A stretch of 64,000 nt of DNA from Rhizodiscina lignyota (taxonomy: Eukaryota): the NCBI GenBank assembly GCA_010015805.1, contig ML978137.1, positions 248,001 to 312,000 on the forward strand, read 5' to 3'. A model generated the notes under the pieces. It saw only the letters and a program-made list of their open reading frames with translations. It did no database searches and was not told the origin of the DNA. Of the stretch, positions 24,993 to 37,941 are shown one piece after another. Position 1 is the first letter of the stretch; each line of letters opens with the position of its first letter. A program made the translations under genes and the position numbers.

Positions 24993-25622
24993 ATGGCGAA
25001 CTACCTCGCCTCCATCTTCGGCACCGAGCAAGACAAGGTCAACTGCTCCTTCTACTACAAAATCGGCGCGTGCCGCCACGGCGACCGCTGCTCGCGCAAA
25101 CACGTCAAACCTTCTTACTCGCAGACTATTCTCCTCCCAAATCTCTACCAGAACCCGGCCTACGATCCGAAGAACAAGATGAACCCGGCGCAGCTGCAGA
25201 ACCACTTCGACGCGTTCTACGAAGATATCTGGTGCGAGATGTGCAAGTACGGCGAGATTGAGGAAGTCGTGGTGTGCGACAACAACAACGACCACCTGAT
25301 TGGCAATGTGTATGCGCGGTTCAAGTACGAGGACAGCGCGCAGGCGGCGTGTGATGCGCTCAGTTCGCGTTGGTATGCTGGACGACCCATCTACTGCGAG
25401 TTGTCTCCTGTAACGGATTTCAGAGAAGCGTGTTGTCGCTTGAACAGCGGAGAGGGATGTGTAAGAGGTGGCTTCTGCAACTTCATCCACAGGAAGGAGC
25501 CCAGTCCGGAGCTTGATAGGGAGCTGGAACTCAGCACGAAGAAGTGGCTGAGGGCGAGGGGAAGGGACGAGAGGAGCGAGAGCAGGAGCCCAAGTCCAGA
25601 ACCGACCAGGAAGAGATATTGA
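24993..25622 (+). CDS. U2AF1: Splicing factor U2AF small subunit (U2AF35/U2AF23), intronless
   Basis: MANYLASIFGTEQDKVNCSFYYKIGACRHGDRCSRKH (CCCH), a UHM, and ELSPVTDFREACCR..CVRGGFCNFIH. Confidence 0.98.
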   Translation: MANYLASIFGTEQDKVNCSFYYKIGACRHGDRCSRKHVKPSYSQTILLPNLYQNPAYDPKNKMNPAQLQNHFDAFYEDIWCEMCKYGEIEEVVVCDNNNDHLIGNVYARFKYEDSAQAACDALSSRWYAGRPIYCELSPVTDFREACCRLNSGEGCVRGGFCNFIHRKEPSPELDRELELSTKKWLRARGRDERSESRSPSPEPTRKRY

Positions 25623-26110
25623 AGAGTCCATGGAACACTTCACGACAGCGGTGAGACCCACAGGACTTATTACTCACTGAAACTCGCAGACTACTCTAAT
25701 GGATACTTAATCACAGAGCTAGACTAGCATTGCGTCCTCGCGACTGCCAACACTCTTCAGAGAAATTCGTGTTCGCCCGGAGAAACTGGGTACATTAGCA
25801 TTGAACGGCGAAGGGCGCCCGGTATCAGAACTTCAGGATTGTGTATACCAAAATTGGTGATGGTTGCTTAGCATAAATTACATTTGACTATTCAGGTTGT
25901 CGTTTTACTCGTATATCTTCGTGAGTGTTTGACTATGTGAGCGTCGTCAGATGTGGCTACCTGCGACAGTCCGACCAAGACCTATCCACCCGTTCACCAT
26001 ACGTCAGCGAACCGAACCATCTTCCAGAGCAGCGTCCGCCTGTGACTGCTCGCTCAGTGCCCGTCCAACCCTTTCATAAACCATCCAATTCATCATCTCA
26101 TCCGCCATCG

Positions 26111-26555
26111 TCACCGCCCAGTTCCTCCCATGCCATTTCCCTGTCCCGTCCCTGGTATCGGTGTCACCGTATTCGCCGCCTGCGCCGCACTCCCACGACC
26201 ATCGTGTTTCCCATCCAGCAGCCCACTCGTCTTCAGCCATAGCACGACGATAACCACACCCGCGACGAAACCAAAGAAACACATCCAGAACAGCCAACAG
26301 ATGCAGGTCCGACGCTTGCTTTTCTTTTGTTGTCGTTCGAGCCATGATTCACTATACAGAGCAGTTAGCCTTGCGTTGCATGCTCCACACAAGAGGCATG
26401 GTTGGGACGTACGCGTGCTTCAATTGTGGCCGTGAACGAGAGCTCGATGTGCTTTCAGAGGACGAGGTTGCGGGCGCACCGTCTGCATGTTCTTCGTCGA
26501 GATGAACGGCCATTGAGAAGCGCCTCCAGAAGGATGGATCGCGGACCACGGCCAT
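26111..26555 (-). CDS. Small conserved fungal single-pass membrane protein; exons 26555-26413, 26351-26111
   Basis: MAVVRDPSFWRRFSMAVHLDEE..LKHA|ESWLERQQKKSKRR followed by a TM helix. The intron is GTACGT..GCTAAC..TAG. Confidence 0.8.
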
Positions 26556-29359
26556 GGCGGCTAACGAGGCGCGCCGCTAATATGCTTGTTTCCTCTTTGG
26601 GCTCAGGTTTTAAACTCCACACTTCCTCCAATATCAACGAATGGGGAGAGCTGTCCACAGGTGTCGCGAGTTGAGTTGGATCTGCTGAGTTCAATGTTTG
26701 ATCGTGTAAATGGACCGATGGAGGAGAATAATTCTCGGGTGACAACAGTAGCTATATCGTGAAGCACGCGGAATGAGGCTATTCGGAGCAAATGAGCCGG
26801 GGTCGTGGAATGCTTGACGCCAGAGGAGGCGGGTCTGGTGGCCTTCTCAGGAATGCGAAGATTCTGAACTGGATCGGAGATCTTGCTATGAAACGAGTGA
26901 CAATAAGAAAGGAACGCTCTATTCAAAGGAGTGTGATGCTCTATTAAAGACGCGAGATTTTGTCAACAGCCGTGAGAAATCAAATGAAAGGAACAGTGCT
27001 TGAAGAGAGACGAAAGACAAATACTTGAATCACCCCCTACGCTGCCCATGGCATGGCATGAACGTCGCACAGTCCCACGTTTTCCCAGCGCAATCACTGA
27101 TGATTTCCACATGGCCTATCTGCGAAAAACGTGAGTGGCCCAGGGATTGTTTCGAAACAGCATGCGGGACGTTGTTCGATTTCGATGAGTTTAATTTACG
27201 CCTATCAGCTCATCCAATCAGCGCTCTCGGGTGGGAGGGTACATTCCTTGCCCTCATAAACGGGAGTGGCTTGAGCGACACAAGCCTCCCCTGAACATCC
27301 CACTGAAAGCAGGTTCTTACGTTGCGGCAATGCTTCTGGAAGCAGAGTGGTGCGTAGCGCTGAAATGAGGCTGGTCAAGAGGTGGGTAGGGCTTGCTGAG
27401 AAGATCTTCAGAGGCGCTCAGGAGCTACGATTCCAGCTGGCGGCGAACGCCTCTGAATCTAAAGACTTTCGATCTCCACCATCCGCCACAGCGACATTGT
27501 ATTAGAGTTCTGCTTCATGATACAGTCGCACTAGATGGCCTCCAGTTTCATTCAAGTCAAGTATACTATATCTTCATTGACAAGAGATTACCAGAGCTCC
27601 ATTTCGTTTTTTTCTCATTACTAGTCTAACTTGGCCTTCCATATCATCAAATGCATGATTGGGGAACCGAAATGCTAGTCCCTATCGTCTTCGGTCTATC
27701 TACGACCAATACACTGAATGATCCTGGTAAATATCGAACGCCAGAAGATCGTCCAAGGATGCGCAAACTCGTTTTCCACTGCACCAAAGTGATCAAGAGA
27801 GCATGCAATCTGCAACGAGAAAAGGTAGAGTAGCGGCTTTGCCAGATTTGCAGTTCCAGGAAGTGTCTGGATTATGGAAGGCATCCGTTTGCGCTTATCA
27901 AACGATTCGCAAGGGATCCTACTTCAACCTCTCGAGTTCTTTGACCTGAAGGGACTAAAACCCTCCCAAGACGCATGGCACCTGTCATGGACAAATGGCC
28001 TTCTCTGTAACCTTCATATGTTGAAGTCGCCAGAGCTCGGTTGTACCACGAGTTCACCAAAGTGATTCATCCCCGCATAACATGACGAGCTCTCTAAGGT
28101 CATTAGCGGCACCGTAAGTTAAGCTTCTGGAGGAGACAGCGCCATCTTCCACCTGTATTGCTAAAGGCTCCTGTATAGAAGGCTTCATGCAGTATAACCC
28201 TAAAATCCATTTAGTATGCGCAAGACCTTTGTCTTTGGAGCTGTAATCGAGCCGAACACCCGACCTTCAGGTCGCCAGTTTCAATCCCTGGGTATCATTG
28301 TTGAAAGCCTGCCATCGAAATAAGCTCTTAACAACCCCCCGAAAGGTTGGCTTCGGAAAGGTGGAAATACTAGGATAATGGAAAGATGCAATTGCTACCT
28401 TGATAGGCTGGAGAATTTAATCTGAATATGTCTAGTAATATTGACAATCGGAATAGAGCAATACGATAAGGTACGAAAGAATGACTGTGACGACTGATTA
28501 GAAATGGATACGAAGACAATGTTAAGTGTGCGAGATTTATCGCTTCCGGCTTCAAATCGTGCCAACTGTCCGGTGACAGTTTCTGCATGAATGAGCCATA
28601 CATGAGGCCATCCAAGACGTGATGAAGATGCGAAAAATGCGGAGATGACGGGACTTTTCAAGGTGGGAATCCCGGCGTTAGCGTGTGGCGGCCACGTCTC
28701 GGAGGCGCAGTGCGGCTTGTGGCCTCTGATTCGACGCACCCGCACGAGCTCAACGTCAAAGAAAATTCAGGGAGCGATTTTGTCGCAGGCAGCACCTTTG
28801 TATAAAGAACTCCTCGACAATCTCGAGGCCTCGAGAACAATAGGAGGCCATCCCGTGCGACAGGAACGACTCTGCCCCACAACCAGCTCCGCGCGCTGCA
28901 CATCCCCTGCAGGTGCATCTGCATATCTTGGAAGCTTGCAGTGTCCCTGACAAGCAGGCCGATCTCGAAAAATTGGCGGTGAAACACCATCATAATTCGC
29001 CCATCGCCGCACCTCCTACATCACTCCCCGCTCTTCCTCCAACAGCACGGGGACGAACACTGCATGCCTGCGTAGTTTCAACACTCAATGGCTGTGCTAT
29101 CACAACTTTCGACCGATCAATTCCCCTGCCCTCCTCCTTTTGCCGTTACAACCCGGATTTCAAAGCTAGCGGCCAACTTCTAGGATAACGACGTTTCAGC
29201 GCGCTCCTCGACGGATCTGGGTCAGCAGTATTACTGCGACACTAGACTGACGCTCTAAATCGCGAGTTTATATTCGGCGGCGAATAAACCCTCAACTCGA
29301 TTGCAGCAGAACTCGCCTTTCACCAAGTATCACAAAATATCACATAGATTCTCAACACT

Positions 29360-32300
29360 ATGCTGGGATCCTCACTTTTGCCGCGTCGATGGCGGACAGA
29401 GGGAGGCGAGCGAGCTGCTGGGCTTCCTCGCTGGTATAACCGACATATCACACCTGTCCTCCAATTCGTCTCGAGTCGGGCGTGCACACATCCCATTCAC
29501 ACAATCGTCTTCGTGGCGCTTCTTGCTAGTACGACATACGTCGGACTCCTCGAAACAAGCCTGTTCGACAGACCGATACATGCTGGCAGCGCATTGGGTA
29601 AAGCAGATTTCCATACCTTGATGGTGGGCAGCAAGCAGCTTCGAGCTGGCCCACAGACAGGCTGGAAGTGGCAGACGGAAGAGAATAGTAGCATTGCTGC
29701 GGTAGATGCTGGCGTTGAGGTAATTAATTCTATCAAGATATTTGCATCCATGCTGATACTGTAGTCCTCGCAGAACCTCGCTCTCCTAACCTTCGTCTTT
29801 CCCGATTCTTCACCGAGCTCTCCCCAGAGTGCCCCTCCTGCACACCATGTGCCGGTTCCAGAGAACTCGTCTGCAAAGCTCCTCCCTCCGTCGTCGAACC
29901 CGTTATCAGGCATCTCTCACGATACCACATTAGCATATTCTCTTCCCCTTTCTGAAGCGCCAAGCTTTCTAGAAGCGGTACAAGAAATTACTGCTGCAGA
30001 AGAGGATTTGAATGGACGCCATATACCGGGAGACGAGACTCTGGAAGAGCGAAAATGGATTATGAAAGCAGTCAAAAACAATACGAACAAGGCTGGAAGC
30101 TTGACAAGCTGGTCTCGTGATGCATGGATTGCTTTCCTTGACCTGATCAAGAATGCCGAGACATTGGATATCATCATTATGGTCCTCGGATACCTCTCGA
30201 TGCATCTGACATTCGTATCATTGTTCCTGTCCATGCGAAGACTTGGATCCAATTTCTGGCTTGCGGCTACAGTCCTCTTTTCATCCGTTTTCGCATTTTT
30301 GTTCGGCCTCACAGTGACAATGAAGCTTGGAGTTCCCATCAACATTGTTCTGCTTTCCGAGGGACTTCCATTCTTGGTTGTTACGATCGGCTTCGAGAAA
30401 CCGATCATATTGACCAAGGCAGTTCTTTCGGCGTCTCTTGACTATCGTCGAAAAGCCCACGCTCAAGGTGCATCCGACAAAACCGACGCGCAACCTTTCA
30501 ATATTCACGACGCAGTGCGAATTGCCGTCAAGGAGCGCGGATACGAAATTGTTCGCGACTATTGCGTCGAGATACTCATATTGACAGCTGGTGCAATGTC
30601 TGGAGTACAAGGCGGACTTCGACAGTTCTGCTTCCTCGCAGCGTGGATATTGTTCTTCGATTGCATCTTGCTCTTCACATTCTACACCGCAATCCTCACT
30701 GTAAAACTGGAAATCAACCGCATCAAGCGGCATGTGGCAATGCGTAAAGCACTAGAAGACGACGGCGTCAGCAAACGAGTGGCAGAAAATGTCGCTTCCA
30801 GTAACGACTGGCCAAACCTGACTCCAATGGAGGTCGAAGATGCAAAATCACAGGAGCGCACGATCTTCGGCAGAAAGATCAGGGCCAGCAGCATTCCGAA
30901 GTTCAAAGTCCTAATGGTTTCGGCGTTCGTTCTGATCAACTTGCTGAACGTATTCACTATTCCATTTAGGCATTCATGGAATCCTACGCGCGCAGTGCCA
31001 GGTTTGTCGAGCGTTGTCGCCCAGCCTCCAATGGACCCATTCAAAGTTGCAGGAAACGGACTAGAGAACATCATCTCAACATCTAAGAAGTCGAGCACTT
31101 CGGTCCTGGTCACTGTGTTCTGTCCCATCAAGTACGAACTCCAGTATCCCTCCATCCATTACGCTTCTCCTATCGGCTCTGCTGGCAACGGCCTGGACGT
31201 GGAAGCAGGCGATCTCTTCGATGGTATGGGCGGTAGAGTTGTGGAAGGTGTATTGAAGAGCTTGGAGGATCCAGTCCTGAGCAAGTGGATTATCGTTGCG
31301 TTGGCCATGAGTTTAGTCTTGAACGGTTATTTGTTCAATGCAGCTCGCTGGACGATCAAGGATCCATCACAGCCGCTACCACCCCCAAAGGCGAATGAAG
31401 TACAAGTCCCACCTTCGAACCCACCCACTCCCCCCAATGAGCCTGCATCAAATGGCCGTCCCAGACCTACTGCCACCCGACAGCAACCCCCGGAACGCCC
31501 ACTCAATGTCGAGAAGCTCGACGCACAATTAGAGCAAGCAGCTTCTGACAGATCTTTTGAAGACTGTGAAAGGATATTGAAGGAAAAGAAAGCTCCGAGC
31601 CTCACAGACGAAGAACTTGTCAAGCTGGCGCTTAAGGGCAAGATTCCAGGTTACGCGCTTGAGAAGACGCTTGAAAACAAGACTCGCGCAGTGAAAATCC
31701 GACGGGCACTCGTATCGCGTACACATGCCACGAGGCAAACTTCAAGTCTCCTTGAAACGTCAAAGGTACCATACGAAAACTACGACTACGATCGTGTATT
31801 CGGAGCGTGTTGCGAGAACGTCATTGGATACCTGCCTCTTCCGTTAGGTGTTGCTGGACCGTTGATGATCGATGGCCAAAATTACTTTCTCCCCATGGCG
31901 ACAACCGAAGGTGTTCTTGTAGCAAGCACTAGTCGAGGCTGCAAGGCAATCAACGCCGGAGGTGGAGCAGTCACAGTCGTCACTGGAGACGGCATGACTC
32001 GTGGACCTTGCGTCTCCTTCGACACACTCACTAGGGCTGGAGCTGCGAAGCTGTGGCTGGATTCAGCCGAGGGTCAGAAGGTGATGCGAGACGCGTTCAA
32101 CTCCACTAGCCGATTTGCGAGGTTACAGACAATGAAGACGGCTCTGGCTGGCACATATCTGTTTATCAGATTCAAGACCACGACTGGCGATGCGATGGGC
32201 ATGAACATGATCTCAAAGGGTGCTGAACACGCCTTGAATATCATGGCCACCGAAGCTGGCTTCGATGACATGATTATTATTTCCCTTTCTGGCAATTATT

Positions 32301-33042
32301 GTACCGATAAAAAGCCTGCGGCCATCAACTGGATCGACGGACGTGGCAAGAGCGTTGTTGCTGAGGCCATCATTCCTGCCGATGTGGTTAAGGGCACTCT
32401 CAAGACCGACGTCGCCTCGATGATAGAGCTCAACGTGAGCAAGAACTTTATTGGCAGCGCGATGGCAGGTAGTATCGGCGGGTTCAACGCGCACGCAGCA
32501 AACGTCTTGACGGCGATGTTTCTCGCAACCGGCCAGGACCCTGCGCAGAACGTCGAGAGCAGCCAGTGCATTACCATAATGAAGAAGTAAGCCTCATATC
32601 TGTGACCCACGCGCTCTTATATCATCATAACACTAACACGTTTTTCAGTCTCAACGGCAATCTACACATCTCCGTCTCGATGCCGTGCATTGAAGTCGGA
32701 ACTCTCGGCGGCGGCACCATCCTCGAACCTCAGGCCGCCTGCCTCGACCTCCTCGGCGTCAAGGGCTCCCACCCAACTAACCCTGGGGACAACGCCCGCC
32801 AACTCGCTCGCATCATCGCAGCTGGCGTGCTGGCAGGTGAGCTCAGCTTGTGCTCTGCCCTTGCGGCGGGACATCTTGTCAAGGCACACATGAGCCACAA
32901 TCGCAGCGCGGCGCCGAGTCGAGCTACGACACCTGGTCCTGAGTCCCAGAAGGAGAATATGCCGCAGTTTCAGAGGGGCGTGCAGACGCCGACGACTCTG
33001 GCGATGACAAGCATGAAGGATGCGGGGAAGAGTGAGCGGTGA
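29360..33042 (+). CDS. HMG1: 3-hydroxy-3-methylglutaryl-CoA reductase (class I); exons 29360-29719, ~29765-32586, 32649-33042
   Basis: HPIH N-terminal motif, a sterol-sensing domain ([15 protein letters not shown]), and catalytic motifs [45 protein letters not shown] and HLVKAHM. Confidence 0.98.
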
Positions 33043-34084
33043 TAGACATAGAATGTAAAGAAGAGAAGAGGCAAAGTGGGAGATGCTTTGTCTCCGGCGT
33101 AGGAAGAAAAAGTATGGCTCACGCCTGCAGACAGTACATACAAAGAGCTCTGTTTCTGTAAATATGTATAATCACAGCACATCACTATATTATGCTGCTG
33201 GTGCCTAGAAGTTTTTGCTGATAAAGTTTAGTTTAATCAAGGCGGAGCCAAATCAATTCATAGTTTACTCCATCTTCTGGACTTACTCTGCCACAAAGTC
33301 TTTATGGTGTGTTCATGCCAATGATTGCTGTGTAACTGAGCCGTGAATAAGCAAAATAGGTATGCATCCATATATCACGTGAGCGAGTCGTTAAGATTGC
33401 CCTTCCATTGCAACTTCTTTTCTTCCCCAACGCCCATATTATACAACATTCGCTCCCTCACTTCTTTGTCAACCGTCACGCCATGGCATGCATTTACACA
33501 TTCGAGGATGTCATCGGAGATGCGATTCAGGCAGCTCCTGAGTCAAGAATACGATTCAGCTCATCATGGCGTTCCTGCAGCTCGCCAGAGACGGATCAGG
33601 CAGGACCCAAGCATTTGCCAATAAATGCAGCCCGCGCGAAGAAGCAAGACCTATCCATTAATTGCGCTGTATTGATCCGCATGCCTGGTCCGTCTACTTC
33701 GCATCAGCTTTGCATCTCAAGCTTCCTCCTACCTGACTACAGCACGAAATACAAATCTAGCCATGGTCCGCCGTGCCGCCACCGTACGCAGTTCGGGCGG
33801 CTGATGACCATTCTCTTTCAGCAGGCTCAACGTGCTCTCCGGCCATCTCTGTGACTGGCTCAATTCCGCCTTAGCACTTCTTCCATGAAATCAGGCCTCT
33901 GTGCTGAACAGTGTCTAGTGTAAACGAGCGGATCAAGGGAGTGGGGTGCGCCTCGGGATGGTCTTGTTCCTGGATCAAAAGTTCGCACATGGCGATCGTA
34001 TTTAGTTGATTCCATGCCCAAAAGCCTAGAGATTCCGAGCTAGGGGAATATATTTCATCAGTATTTTTTATTTTCATTGCAATA

Positions 34085-36023
34085 ATGAAGTCCTTTACAC
34101 TCATTATAGGCGCCGTCGCTGCTTCGATTTGGACAGTTTCTAGCACCACAATCGCCGAGATCAATGGCAATCGATTCATCTCTCCATTGAACGGCCAAAA
34201 TGTTACCAATGTGACCGGACTGGTTACAGCAAAAGGCCCAGCGGGTATCTTCCTGCGATCAACGAAGCCAGACAAAGACTCCACCACCTCTGAGTCCATC
34301 TATGTGTTCAATGGCACAAATCGCGTTAGCCCAACCATCACCGTTGGCGACATTGTCATGGTTGATGGAACTGTGTCCGAATTCCGTTCTCAGTCTACTT
34401 ACGTCTTCTCGACAGAGATTGACAAATCTCACAACATTCGGGTTGTCTCGTCTGGAAATAAGGTCAAGCCATTGGTCATTGGACAAGACACCACCAAACC
34501 GCCGACTAAGCAATTCTCATTTTACGATGACGGCGATGTTTTCGGCTTGCCTAATGATGTAGCGAATCTCTCCGCCGCAAATCCCAAACTGCAACCCACG
34601 AAATTTGGCATGGATTTCTGGGAGAGCTTGACCGGAGAACTCGTAACAGTGAAGAGCCCTGCTGCGATCACGAAACCGAATAGTTTTGGTGATACATGGG
34701 TCACTGGCACTTGGCCTGTCACAGGGAGAAATGCGCGTGGTGGCTTAACCATGACCGACGGCGGTAAGACATGTGATCTGTGAGCAAGATATCCCCGAGC
34801 TGACGAAATAAATAGACGCAAATCCTGAAGCCATTATTATCGGAACTCCGCTTGATGGCACTGACAACCCCGACAGCACGGTCGTTGGCGATAAGCTCGA
34901 AGACATCACTGGAGTTGTACAAGCTGTTTTCGGATATTACTACATCTTGCCTCTGACGGCGCTCAAAGTCAGCAAGCACAAGAATCCCGCTGAGCCAGAT
35001 CCAGCAAGTTTCAAAGCAGGAAAGACATGTTCCGGCTTGACATTTGGCCAATACAACGTGGAAAACCTGACTCCAACCGTTGCGCATCTGAATCCAGTCG
35101 CGTCGCACATTGTGAACTTCCTGAATAGCCCGACTTTGATGTTCCTGCAAGAGATCCAGGATGACAATGGAGCTACAGATAATGGAGGTACGTGTTCAAT
35201 TGCCATGTTCATTCCTGTCATGAGTGCTGACAATTCTTTAGTTGTGGATGCTAATACCACCTTGGCAACTCTTGTCAACGCCATCAAGGCTGCAGGAGGG
35301 CCGGCGTACTCCTTCGTCGACATCGATCCCATCAATGATCAAGACGGCGGTCAACCTGGTGGAAACATCCGTATCGCCTACCTTTATCAGTCGAATGTTA
35401 TTCAACTTCACAATCTGAACCCTGGAAATGCCACTCAGGCCAATGAGGTTCTTCCTGGTCCCGAGCTCAAATACAACCCCGGCCTCATTGACCCCCTGAA
35501 CACCGCTGCCTGGCAAAGTAGCCGCAAGCCTCTCGCTGCAGCGTGGGAAACTGTGGATGGCAAGAACGTGTTCTTCACGATCGACGTACATCTCACGTCA
35601 AAAGACGGCAGTTCTTCCATCGAGGGCGACCCGCGTCCTCCCATCAACCAAGGAGTCCAGCAACGTCAGAACCAAGCCGAAGTGACGGCAGCATTTGTTG
35701 CGGACATTCTTACGGAGGATTCCAAGGCCTCCGTGATCACCGCGGGTGATTTCAATGAGTTTGCGTTCGTGCAGCCTCTTGAGACGTTCGTATCAAAGAG
35801 CGGGCTCTTCGACTTGGACGAGGTGGTTGGGCGTGACCCGAAGGAGAGGTATACGTACATCTTTGATATGAACTGTCAGCAGCTAGATCATATGTTTGTG
35901 AGCAAGAGTCTTAGGAGCGGAAGCAAGTATGAGCATATCCATGTCAATACTTGGACTACAGCGGCCGGGCAAGCATCGGATCATGATCCGTCTGTTGCGA
36001 AGCTCAATGTTTGTAAGAAGTAG
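34085..36023 (+). CDS. Secreted endonuclease/exonuclease/phosphatase-family protein; introns 34764-34815 and 35188-35241
   Basis: Signal peptide and an OB-like N-terminal region, followed by YNVENL, LQEIQDD, DGGQPGGNIR, SRKPL, AGDFNE, LDHMFVS and SDHDP. Confidence 0.93.
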
Positions 36024-36323
36024 GCAACGCGTGTAATTCTAGATATCTATTCTAATTAGATGTATATCTGACCCTGGTTCCAACTGTCTTCTGCCCACAA
36101 GCTGCCAGACTTCCACGTGTCATTGTCGCGTTGAACTCCCCATATTTTTTCCATTTTGGGAATGGCCTCAAAATGACTCCCTTAGACATGAGTTGAGCTG
36201 CATCATACAACCAGTGAACTTCTCTCGGACACCGTTTCGTTTCCCTCTCAATTTAATCCGGTTCCCGCGCTCTCGATATCTCAATCAGACTATTCTTGCG
36301 TCCGAATACTCTTCTGTGGCGCA

Positions 36324-37200
36324 ATGCCTGCGCCAATTCTGCCTTTCTGGCAAGTCAATGTACCCCCTTCACTCCGCGAACAAGAATGTCCGGAATACCT
36401 CCTCGACATCAGCGAGAAAGACAAGCGGATCATAGGCACTCCCGATGAAGACTTCCGACCAATGCCATGGCCCGTGGTGAAGGACCTGATCCGTACGTGT
36501 TTTCCGCTGTGTCGACCAAAAGATGCGAGGCTGAGCTACCGCTGAAGGTACGAACCGCATCGATCTCTTTGAACGCCGACCTACCGACTTGCGTAAATAT
36601 CGGCAATACACGCACAAATTGGCTCAAGACTATGGTTCGGTGATGAACTTTGTCCTGAAGGAACGGCTGCAGTGGACAGATCTGACTCCTCGAGGAGCGC
36701 CCTTCACCATTCCAGGTCTGTTTCCCAGACTACCTCGCTTCACGCCACAATCTCCCAATTGCGCAAGTGCTGATTGAGAAATTCGACCGTTATAGACGAT
36801 ATCAAGATCCTTTACAACGATTGGCCTTACGGCATCGACTCGTCAATCATTCATCTAGTAATATGGACAAAGTTCGATCTTGAAGAGGATCCGGAAATTG
36901 ACGATCTCACGCCCGCAGCGCGTGAGGAGATCAATACATTTGTTGATCAGACATTCTGCACGAAAGTTCCACCCGAGGATGTATGTTGTGCATTTCCTCG
37001 TCAATCCGAAGGGGACCTTTCCGCTAATCGGCCAAAAGGTTGTTTGGTTCAAGAATTGGCGCTCGTTGAAGAGCGTCCACGCCGTAGAACATTTCCATGT
37101 CATGCTACATGATCCGGACATGGAGTTCATCAAGAACATCACGAATAGCGACGTTCCTTTGGCCGCAAAGGTTGGTATCCAGAACGGAAGCCATCAATGA
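36324..37200 (+). CDS. DUF3605 / GIG1-family (N-acetylglucosamine-induced) protein, multi-exon
   Basis: LPFWQVNVP..CPEYL, DIKILYNDWPYGID..HLVIWTKF, and WFKNWRSLKSVHAVEHFHVML. Confidence 0.88.
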
Positions 37201-37941
37201 GGTGAATGTCCGATTCGAGAGGAATGGCTACTAATAATGCGATGTACGACGTGAAAGATTTTGAGTAGAGATAGAACAACCATAGAGAGGACGAGACTTC
37301 AGTGGGCTTCCTACAATGGTGCCATATACCATCGAGGCTAGTAGATGGACCTGTCGACGTTCAATTGGCTCGTCAATTATGGATGCAGCCCTATTTACAG
37401 CTTTTCAATTTTTTAATTGGTGGTTTAAGTAGTTATTGCTCATGCTCTGATTCCCTTGGTGGTCGATCCTCTCTTGTACGCGGCACACCCTGAACCAAAC
37501 TGCAACAAGATCAGACACTGGCCACTTTTCTTCCAGCTAATCTAGCTAATTATGAGAAGAGAGTATTCCAAGTGTCTTCGTCAACTTATATCAACCCTTG
37601 CTAATGCACACACTAGCGTCGATAAGCGAGTCATCCCGGCTGGCTCACCTGCTGACTCGCCGGCTCCTCTTCTCCTTCGATAAATAGCCGCATCGATCCT
37701 TTCGCTTCGTTTCATTCGGCATTGGCCCACTCGAGTAGTTAGGCGCTTTAAGGCATATGCAACGATACTGCAAATGCGATGGCCGCAGTTCTCCAGCGTT
37801 GTGGCGCATTTGGATAATGGTACACGGGTCATCCTTCAAAGCGCCAAAGACGAGCTGCCAGCTCTTATTTAAAGAGAACCGCGAAGTCTAATGTGAGTAT
37901 TAAGGTAATTTTTGGCTTTCACAGGTCCTCCAACAGTAGAG

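Noticed and set aside
7277..25622. Functional link between the U2-like sequences and the U2AF35 gene
   Set aside because: They are 17 kb apart with unrelated genes between, and nothing supports more than coincidence.
24984..25661. 225-aa antisense ORF over U2AF1 (and similar antisense ORFs over other genes)
   Set aside because: Shadow ORFs caused by codon bias of the real sense-strand genes.
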